Shown: positions 57,003 to 64,000 of the stretch, in pieces
Layout of the letters: each line of letters opens with the position of its first letter
Numbering within the stretch: position 1 is the first letter of the stretch
Source of the DNA: Bacteroidetes bacterium UBA1941
GTDB taxonomy: Bacteria; Bacteroidota; Bacteroidia; Chitinophagales; LD1
Length of the DNA: 64,000 nt
Direction: 5' to 3'
Assembly (NCBI GenBank): GCA_002336805.1
Contig: DDEZ01000012.1
Coordinates: 111,054-175,053, forward strand
Made by a program: the position numbers and the translations under genes
The notes under the pieces: model-generated
Told to the model about the DNA's origin: nothing
The model's input: only the letters and a program-made list of their open reading frames with translations
The model's database searches: none

Positions 57003-58169
57003 CTACTCGTATACGAAGCTGCCTTGCGGTGCGGTGAGTACCACTTGGTTTCTGTCTGATGCCTCTACATGGCCTATGACCTGTGCCTCTATACCAAATG
57101 AGCGCGCTGCTTCTATCACCTGTTGCGCATCTTTCTCATCTACATACACCTCGAGGCGTGTGCCACAGTTCAGCACCTTATACATTTCTTTCCAGCCGGT
57201 GCCCGATTCAGACTGCACCAGATCAAAGATCGGAGCTATAGGCAATAAGTTATCTTTTACGATGCGGAGGCCCTCTATGTAGTGCAACACCTTGGTGTGC
57301 GCTCCTCCTGTGCAGTTGATCAGCCCATGTACACGGCCGGGCATCTCATGCAGCAGCCTTTGTATCACCGGGGCGTAGGTACGGGTGGGAGATAGCAGCG
57401 CCTGACCGACGTTGAGCGGTGTCCCCTCCAGTGGGTCTGTGACTTTCTTTGATCCGCTATACACTAGGCTCGCATCTATATTCTGATCGAATGTTTCGGG
57501 ATATTTTTCTGCGTAGTATTTACCCAGCACATCGTGGCGGGCCGAGGTGAGGCCATTGCTGGAGATACCAGAGTTATAAACTTTCTCATAGCTGGCCTGG
57601 CCTGATGATGCCAGTCCTACTATCACATGGCCGGGCTTAATATTTTGAGTCAGTACGAGATCATTGCGCTTCATACGTATGGTCATAGCCGCATCTACGG
57701 TCACTGTTTTCACTATATCGCCGAGGTCGGCAGTCTCTCCACCCATCAGCTGTATCTGCACGCCTGCGTCATTCATAGCGTCTATAAACTCCTGCGTGCC
57801 CGCTATGATCTCCGCTATCACCTCACCGGGTATGTAGTTCTTATTGCGGTTGATCACCGATGTGAGGAGAAATTTATCTGTAGCACCTACGCACAGCAGA
57901 TCATCCAGATTCATCACGATAGCATCCTGCGCTATACCGCGCCATACTGATATATCGCCTGTTTCGCGCCAGTAGAGATAGGCCAGGATAGACTTGGTGC
58001 CTGAGCCATCAGCGCTCATTACATTGCACCACTGCTCATCGCCGCCCATATAGTCAGGGTAGACCTTGCAAAAGGCCTTTGGGTAGAGGCCGTGATAGAG
58101 GTGTTTTACAGCTGCGTGTACATCTTCTTTGCTGGCAGATACGCCCCGCTGCAGGTATTTGTCATCCAT
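57003..58169 (-). CDS. AIR-synthase-related protein (probable phosphoribosylformylglycinamidine cyclo-ligase)
   Basis: 388 aa PurM-fold: SADGSGTKS, DDLLCVGA and GGETADLG. This is the long Bacteroidota-type form. Confidence 0.8.
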   Translation of the reverse strand: MDDKYLQRGVSASKEDVHAAVKHLYHGLYPKAFCKVYPDYMGGDEQWCNVMSADGSGTKSILAYLYWRETGDISVWRGIAQDAIVMNLDDLLCVGATDKFLLTSVINRNKNYIPGEVIAEIIAGTQEFIDAMNDAGVQIQLMGGETADLGDIVKTVTVDAAMTIRMKRNDLVLTQNIKPGHVIVGLASSGQASYEKVYNSGISSNGLTSARHDVLGKYYAEKYPETFDQNIDASLVYSGSKKVTDPLEGTPLNVGQALLSPTRTYAPVIQRLLHEMPGRVHGLINCTGGAHTKVLHYIEGLRIVKDNLLPIAPIFDLVQSESGTGWKEMYKVLNCGTRLEVYVDEKDAQQVIEAARSFGIEAQVIGHVEASDRNQVVLTAPQGSFVYE

Positions 58170-58240
58170 GTGCGCTTATCTATATTTGACAGAGCCAAAG
58201 AAACGGACAAAAAACGATAATCATAAAAGCTTTCATCCAC

Positions 58241-59098
58241 ATGCAGGAGCTTCCTCTTTTTGATAAACTCTGGGATTATGCCGACCCGGCAGCCACAGAG
58301 CAGAAATTTCGCCAGATACTGGATACCGAGCCCACGCTCACGGATCTCTCCTATCATCTCCAGCTGCTCACCCAGCTGGCGCGTACTTACAGCCTGCGCC
58401 GGATGTTTGACGAGTCTCAAAACATACTGGATGAAGTGCGCTCTGCTCTGGGCGATGAGCCGACCCTGGAGCAGCTCCGCTACCACCTGGAGCAGGGCCG
58501 TGTGTATAATTCATCCGGAGATAGAACCAGTGCACGTGAGCAATTTGAGAAGGCCCTCGCCATCTCTGACGCTGTAGGTGCAGATTTTCATACCGTAGAT
58601 ACGCTGCACATGCTGGCTATCGTATCGAAACCGGACGAGGCCATAGAGTGGAATAAAAGAGCCATGCTCAAGGCGGAATCCTCTGCCGATGAGCGGGCGC
58701 AAGGCTGGCTCGGATCGTTATACAATAACCTCGGATGGTCATATTTTGGCAAAAAGGACTTCAATAGTGCCCTTGATATCTTTCGCAAGGGTCTCGACTG
58801 GCAGTTGGCAAAGGACCGCCCAAAGCAGGCTAGCATAGCTAAATGGTCCGTAGCTCGCACCATGCGCGCTATGGGTAAGGTGGAGGATGCGCTGGATCTA
58901 CAGCTGGAGCTCGAGCAAGAGAACAAAGAATCTGACGGCTACAACTATGAAGAAATAGGCGAATGCCTGCTGGAGCTCAATCACAAAGAGGAAGCTAAAC
59001 CATACTTTGCCAAGGCATATGAGGCGCTGAAGGATGATCTGTATCTGAAAAACTCTGAACCGGAAAGACTGAAAAGATTAGAAAAGCTATCCCATTAA
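58241..59098 (+). CDS. Tetratricopeptide-repeat protein
   Basis: 285 aa with repeated A/L/Y-patterned 34-residue helical hairpins (e.g. WLGSLYNNLGWSYFGKKDFNSALDIFRKGL). Confidence 0.7.
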   Translation: MQELPLFDKLWDYADPAATEQKFRQILDTEPTLTDLSYHLQLLTQLARTYSLRRMFDESQNILDEVRSALGDEPTLEQLRYHLEQGRVYNSSGDRTSAREQFEKALAISDAVGADFHTVDTLHMLAIVSKPDEAIEWNKRAMLKAESSADERAQGWLGSLYNNLGWSYFGKKDFNSALDIFRKGLDWQLAKDRPKQASIAKWSVARTMRAMGKVEDALDLQLELEQENKESDGYNYEEIGECLLELNHKEEAKPYFAKAYEALKDDLYLKNSEPERLKRLEKLSH

Positions 59099-59629
59099 TT
59101 AAAGGGATAGTAAGAGTTGCTGATAAATACTGTGATTCTCTGCTTCAAACGACACGAAAATTACTTTAGCTATCGTCTCATTATTATTTAGAAAGTCGGA
59201 TACAGTCCTTAGAGCGATAGCAGCGGCTTTATCCTTTGGGAAATGATAGATACCTGTGCTGATACCGGGGAAAGCGATCGTCCTCACTCCATGAGTCACC
59301 GCCAGGCTCAGGCTATTATGATAAGCGTTCTGCAATAATTGTTCTTCGCCTTTGCTACCGCCATTCCAAACCGGGCCTACGGTATGTATCACATACTTTG
59401 CCGGCAGTTTACCTGCGGTCGTGATCACCGCTTCGCCTACGGCGCAGCCGCCTTGCCGGTTCCTGATCATTATGCAGTCATCGAGTATTTCTTTACCACC
59501 AGCGCGATGGATAGCGCCATCTACACCGCCACCTCCGAGCAGGGAGGTATTGGCTGCATTGACTATTGCGTCCACAGCTATTTTAGTAATGTCGCCTTGA
59601 CGCAGTTCTATTTTCTCCTTGGGACTCAT
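59099..59629 (-). CDS. Macro-domain protein (YmdB-like O-acetyl-ADP-ribose deacetylase)
   Basis: [62 protein letters not shown]. Confidence 0.9.
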   Translation of the reverse strand: MSPKEKIELRQGDITKIAVDAIVNAANTSLLGGGGVDGAIHRAGGKEILDDCIMIRNRQGGCAVGEAVITTAGKLPAKYVIHTVGPVWNGGSKGEEQLLQNAYHNSLSLAVTHGVRTIAFPGISTGIYHFPKDKAAAIALRTVSDFLNNNETIAKVIFVSFEAENHSIYQQLLLSL

Positions 59630-59631
59630 CT

Positions 59632-60630
59632 TTAAACGATCTTCCTACCCACAGCATTCGCTACAGCATCCATGCTCTTATAGAGCGCGCGGAACTGTTC
59701 AAAATTTAACTGCTGGTCTGCATCTGACTTTGCTACCTTCGGATTAGGGTGCGTCTCTATGAGCAGGCCATCTATACCCATAGCGATGCAGGCGCGGGAG
59801 AGGTCGGCTACACCGTAGGCATATCCTATCGCATGGCTCGGGTCGAGTATGACAGGCAGGTTGGTATACTGCTTCAGCCAGGCCACACCGCATAGATCGA
59901 GGGTAAAGCGCGTCTTTGTTTCAAACGTACGGATGCCGCGCTCGCAGAGCATCACATCAGGATTGCCGCTGCTGAGCACAAACTCCGCTGCCTGTACAAA
60001 CTCCTGCAGCGTAGAGCCAAATCCCCGCTTGATCAGCACGGCTTTATTGCTCTTACCGCATTTGCGCAGGATGCCCTGGTCGTACATAGCCTTGGCGCCT
60101 ATCTGCACGATATCACTGTACTCTATCACCTCATCCACATGTGTACTATCACGCACCTCGGTGATGATCTTGAGGCCGTATTTGCTGCGCATCTTATCCA
60201 GCAGCTTCAGCCCCTCCAATCCTAATCCCTGAAAGGTATATGGCGAAGTGCGCGGCTTGTAGGCGCCGGCGCGGAGTACCTTTACACCCAGCTCTACGCA
60301 GAGCTGTGCTGCCTGCTCGATCTGCTCCTCACTCTCTACAGAGCAGGGACCGGTGATCACGGCTGTATGGTCCGTTTTGCCACCCAGCGCTACTGTACCG
60401 AGGTCTATGGTGCGCACATCGGTCATATATTGCTTGCTGGCCAGCTGTATATCAGAGTCAGTAGCGTATGTAGCCTCAGCTTGTGCCTTCAGCTCCGCGT
60501 CTGCTTCCTTCACTTTAGACGAAGTCACCAGCACATATTGCTTTCCATTATGAAAGACAATCGCCTCATAGCGGCGGCCCAGTTCATCAGCTTTCTGCTG
60601 ATCTATATTACTATGGAGATGTATGATCAT
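59632..60630 (-). CDS. 3-deoxy-7-phosphoheptulonate (DAHP) synthase, type I-beta with N-terminal regulatory domain
   Basis: [49 protein letters not shown]. An N-terminal extension of about 90 aa precedes the barrel. Confidence 0.9.
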   Translation of the reverse strand: MIIHLHSNIDQQKADELGRRYEAIVFHNGKQYVLVTSSKVKEADAELKAQAEATYATDSDIQLASKQYMTDVRTIDLGTVALGGKTDHTAVITGPCSVESEEQIEQAAQLCVELGVKVLRAGAYKPRTSPYTFQGLGLEGLKLLDKMRSKYGLKIITEVRDSTHVDEVIEYSDIVQIGAKAMYDQGILRKCGKSNKAVLIKRGFGSTLQEFVQAAEFVLSSGNPDVMLCERGIRTFETKTRFTLDLCGVAWLKQYTNLPVILDPSHAIGYAYGVADLSRACIAMGIDGLLIETHPNPKVAKSDADQQLNFEQFRALYKSMDAVANAVGRKIV

Positions 60631-60654
60631 TTGATTTGTATTTAGAAGCTGTCT

Positions 60655-61653
60655 CTAGCCTCTCGTCAGGTTATTGAGTAGTACTGCGCCCAGCAGCCTG
60701 CCGGTGCTATCTACGACCGGCAAAAATAGTATAATGAAATTGAGTTCATTTATCACAGAGAGCATCTGCCCCAGATCGGCATCTCCACTGATCCGCACGG
60801 GATCAGTATTGATCATCTCCCGCACGTCCACGCTGACCAGGTTGTCCAGCTGGCGTATCAGGCCACGGCGCAGGTCCGCATTGCTGATCACTCCCTTCAG
60901 TTTGCCTTCAGCGTCTTGTATCAGGACGAAGCCTTGCCTGTGGTCCTCTATAGTATGCAGGGCCGTCTCAAAGCGCAGGTCCTTTTCATTCAGCACCGGC
61001 AGGTAGCAGGCAGGCGTCATGAAATCCTTCACCTGATAGCTGCCACCTATAGGATCCTTGTACAGGCTGAGCATGCCTGAGCCGATACTGTAGTGATTCA
61101 TAATAAAGGAGCCGGACACGATAGAGTCTACTCCCAGCAGCCTGAGTATATACGCCACTTCATCATTCACGCCACCGTCTACCTGTATCTTGAGCTTGGG
61201 ATAGCGCTGGCGCACCTCTATGATCCGGCGGAAATTATCCTTGCGGAAACTACCGCCACTCACACCCGGCGTGGTACACATGAGCATCACATAGTCATAG
61301 CCTACGGCCTGGTCCAGTACTTTGATATCTGTTTCTGACTGCAGGGCTATGCCAAACTTAGTACCCGGTATCTTCGGTGCAGTGGGTAGGGTTCCCATAT
61401 CCTCATACTGCAGCGATACATTTTCTACTCTGAGGTCACGTATCAGCGCTTCGTACTTCAGCGGGTCTTTGGCTATGATATGCAGGTCCAGCGGCGTAGT
61501 GGTCAGCGATCTGATCTGTTGGATATCATCAAACACTTCCGGCCTGTCTGCACAGTCTATATGCAGCATATCTACTCCATGACTACTGAGCTGGCTTACG
61601 ATGTCGCTCAGTGGTTTTTCCCGCTGGGAATAAATGGAGGCAGATATTTTCAC
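60655..61653 (-). CDS. Ribulose-phosphate-3-epimerase-like barrel fused to a C-terminal CBS pair
   Basis: The N-terminal ~215 aa are collinear with the window's own Rpe (KISASIYS / HIDCAD / DLHII / LMCTTPGVSGGSF / QVDGGV / SGSFI). The C-terminus has two CBS repeats. I prefer the GTG start at 61653, since the longer ORF to 61773 would overlap the divergent gene. Confidence 0.75.
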   Translation of the reverse strand: MKISASIYSQREKPLSDIVSQLSSHGVDMLHIDCADRPEVFDDIQQIRSLTTTPLDLHIIAKDPLKYEALIRDLRVENVSLQYEDMGTLPTAPKIPGTKFGIALQSETDIKVLDQAVGYDYVMLMCTTPGVSGGSFRKDNFRRIIEVRQRYPKLKIQVDGGVNDEVAYILRLLGVDSIVSGSFIMNHYSIGSGMLSLYKDPIGGSYQVKDFMTPACYLPVLNEKDLRFETALHTIEDHRQGFVLIQDAEGKLKGVISNADLRRGLIRQLDNLVSVDVREMINTDPVRISGDADLGQMLSVINELNFIILFLPVVDSTGRLLGAVLLNNLTRG

Positions 61654-61766
61654 AGATGCAAATTGAAAGTTTTTGGGTGGAAATACAAATGGCTGTGCAG
61701 CTACTGTACCTATACATGAGATAATTGCCCCGCAGATGGCTATTTTCACAACTATTAATACTCCAT

Positions 61767-63761
61767 ATGTCATCTCAGCACCAGCATACCAACGCCCTCA
61801 TACACGAGACCAGTCCCTATTTGCTCCAGCACGCCCACAACCCTGTGCACTGGATGCCCTGGGGCAATACAGCCTGGGATAAAGCCAAGGCGGAAGACAA
61901 ACTGGTGGTGGTCAGTATCGGCTACTCGGCCTGCCACTGGTGCCATGTGATGGAGCATGAGAGCTTCGAGGACAAGGTAGTGGCGGATATCATGAATGAC
62001 CACTTCGTCAGTATCAAGGTAGACCGCGAGGAGCGCCCCGATGTAGACCAGATATACATGGATGCCGTGCAGATCATCACCGGCCATGGCGGCTGGCCGC
62101 TCAATGCGATCTGCCTGCCTGATGGGAGGCCGATCTACGCGGGCACCTACTTTCAGCTCGAGCAGTGGAAGCAGGTGCTGCTCTACCTGACAGATTACTT
62201 TCACAAGGACCGCGATGATGCGATGGAGCGGGCGGCAGAAATCGTACGCGGCATCAAAGTACTGGATACCATCACGCCGGCGGCAGATGCAGCTTTCGAT
62301 CCTGCAGATAGAGCAGCCATGTTTCAGCGCATAAATCAGGCCTGGGACTATGAGCTGGGTGGCCGCCGAGGTGCGCCTAAGTTTCCTATGCCGGTCACGA
62401 TGCAGTACCTGCTGCAAAACTATTTTTACACTAAAAATGAGAAGGCGCTACAAGCCGTGACCGTCACGCTAGACCAAATGCTGGCAGGAGGTATTTATGA
62501 TCAGATTGGTGGTGGCTTTGCGCGCTACTCAGTGGATGACACGTGGACCATCCCGCACTTTGAGAAGATGCTGTACGACAATGGGCAGCTAGTCTCGCTC
62601 TACTCCTCCGCATTTCAGATCACCGAGAATCCATCTTATCGCGCGGTGGTGTATGATACGGTCGCCTTTATCCAGCGTGAGATGACGGCACCCAGCGGCG
62701 GCTTCTATTCTGCACTGGATGCGGACTCAGAGGGCGTAGAAGGTAAGTTTTACGTATGGACCAATGAAGAGCTCAAAACTATATTAGGTCAGGACTTTGA
62801 TGACTTTGCGAAATACTACGACATCACTCCGGGTGGCAATTTCGAGCACGGCTATATCAATCTGCGCCGGCTGTCACTAAGTATACCTGACGAGTCACAA
62901 GAAGCCAAGGTCAGATCGTGGGCTATAAAGCTCATGGCTGTAAGAAATGAGCGCATCAGGCCGGGCCTGGATGATAAAATACTCACCTCGTGGAATGCCC
63001 TGATAATAAAAGGCCTGCTGGACGCTTACAATGCTTTTGGCGATAAAAGTTTTCTGGAGCTGGCTTTGTCCCATGCCGCTTTTATCAAAAAGTACTGTAT
63101 CAAATCGGATCACAGCCTCTACCGCAGTCACAAAGAAGGTCGCTCTACCATCAATGGTTTCCTCGATGATTATTCATTTACCATTGAAGCGTTCATAGCG
63201 CTGTATCAGGCCACTTTTGATGAGCAATGGCTTACCACGGCCAAAGATCTGGCCGATCACGCCATCCAGCATTTTTACTCCTCCGAGAAAGGTATTTTCT
63301 TTTACACCTCTATCACAGACGACCCGCTCATAGCGCGCAAGACCGAGACTACGGACAACGTGATCCCATCGTCAAACTCCAGCATGGCCAAAGCACTCTA
63401 TCTGCTGGGCCATCTGATGGATCAGGATAGCTACCTGCGCATAGCCCGCCAGCAAACGCTGAACCTGAAAGAGAATGCGCTGAAGCATACAGCCTTCTAT
63501 GCCAACTGGGCGATGATGACTGATGCCTTCATCCATGAGCCATATGAAATAGCTATCTGTGGCAGTGATGCACCAGATCTGCGTAAAGAACTCGCGAAGG
63601 AATATCGCCCCGATACGATACTACTGGGCAGTACAGCAGTAAGCTCTCTACCGCTGCTACAAGGCAAAACTCATGCAAACGATACATGGATATATGTATG
63701 CAGAAACAAGACGTGCCAGCTACCTGTCAGGACAGTGCAGGAGGCTAAAAAGCAAATGTAG
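61767..63761 (+). CDS. Thioredoxin-domain protein (DUF255/YyaL-like, with alpha/alpha-toroid C-terminal domain)
   Basis: [61 protein letters not shown]. Confidence 0.88.
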   Translation: MSSQHQHTNALIHETSPYLLQHAHNPVHWMPWGNTAWDKAKAEDKLVVVSIGYSACHWCHVMEHESFEDKVVADIMNDHFVSIKVDREERPDVDQIYMDAVQIITGHGGWPLNAICLPDGRPIYAGTYFQLEQWKQVLLYLTDYFHKDRDDAMERAAEIVRGIKVLDTITPAADAAFDPADRAAMFQRINQAWDYELGGRRGAPKFPMPVTMQYLLQNYFYTKNEKALQAVTVTLDQMLAGGIYDQIGGGFARYSVDDTWTIPHFEKMLYDNGQLVSLYSSAFQITENPSYRAVVYDTVAFIQREMTAPSGGFYSALDADSEGVEGKFYVWTNEELKTILGQDFDDFAKYYDITPGGNFEHGYINLRRLSLSIPDESQEAKVRSWAIKLMAVRNERIRPGLDDKILTSWNALIIKGLLDAYNAFGDKSFLELALSHAAFIKKYCIKSDHSLYRSHKEGRSTINGFLDDYSFTIEAFIALYQATFDEQWLTTAKDLADHAIQHFYSSEKGIFFYTSITDDPLIARKTETTDNVIPSSNSSMAKALYLLGHLMDQDSYLRIARQQTLNLKENALKHTAFYANWAMMTDAFIHEPYEIAICGSDAPDLRKELAKEYRPDTILLGSTAVSSLPLLQGKTHANDTWIYVCRNKTCQLPVRTVQEAKKQM

Positions 63762-63763
63762 TG

Positions 63764-64000
63764 TCAGACTCCGGCCTCCTGCTGTAGGAGCGCCCAGATC
63801 AGTGGATAGTACTTGCCCGCGAGGGAGCGCATTTTAGCTTTATCAGCCCAAAGTACTTGTTCTATATCTTCTTCTGTCTGCGGTACCAGTTTATCCTGAC
63901 CTTCTTTTGCAGTCATGTGGTACCAGTGCGTTTCTTTGATACAGTTCTTTCCTTTCAGAAAGTAGCAATGGTAGGTCACGATGGCAGGCTCTGCCTGTGT
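63764..64000 (-). CDS. C-terminal part of a probable NUDIX-family hydrolase (partial; runs off the right edge)
   Basis: The frame is open to the window end. The tail ...LVPQTEEDIEQVLWADKAKMRSL..YYPLIWALL resembles Bacteroidota NUDIX C-termini. The Nudix box itself is not in the window. Confidence 0.5.
   Translation of the reverse strand, partial: TQAEPAIVTYHCYFLKGKNCIKETHWYHMTAKEGQDKLVPQTEEDIEQVLWADKAKMRSLAGKYYPLIWALLQQEAGV

Noticed and set aside
58241-59629. Macro-domain gene abutting a convergent TPR gene, considered as a DarTG-like toxin-antitoxin or ADP-ribosylation defence pair.
   Set aside because: The macro protein is a plain YmdB-like single domain. The neighbour is a TPR protein, not a DarT/DUF4433-like toxin, and the two genes are convergent rather than co-transcribed.

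Overview
The window looks like a densely packed, mostly housekeeping chromosomal segment of a Bacteroidota genome. The phylum call rests on GldC, SprB-type repeats, several C-terminal T9SS sorting domains, a TonB-dependent receptor with a CarboxypepD_reg-like N-terminus, and TAnnTTTG-type -7 promoter boxes. I support about 65 CDS, one tRNA-Arg(TCT), several hairpin terminators and a few promoter-like boxes.

Recognisable content:
- Replication and repair: dnaG, dnaE, rnhA, and a DnaQ-exonuclease/GIY-YIG fusion.
- Purine synthesis: purK, purE and a PurM-like gene.
- Menaquinone synthesis: menF-menD-menB.
- dTDP-rhamnose synthesis: rfbC, rfbD.
- Lipid and LPS: fabD, accC, lpxK.
- Pterin synthesis: folE plus a PTPS.
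- Other housekeeping genes: thyA, rpe, apt, coaE, a DAHP synthase and a partial nadC.

I found no CRISPR array, transposase, integrase or rRNA, and no obvious multi-gene defence island. No multi-gene 'new system' is demonstrable from sequence alone. The items most worth a second look are:
1. A sharp ~0.7 kb low-GC islet carrying one orphan MtlR/DUF4145-like gene next to dnaE.
2. An lpxK whose conserved N-terminus has no ATG, GTG or TTG start codon.
3. A diverged Rpe-like barrel fused to a CBS pair, in an apparent operon with DAHP synthase and a macro-domain protein.
4. A PhnX-like (DxAGT) hydrolase paired with a polytopic membrane protein.
5. A eukaryote-type (C-x5-HGH) PTPS next to folE.
6. 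A secreted protein with a 36-bp tandem-repeat-encoded P/Q/M/R-rich tail.
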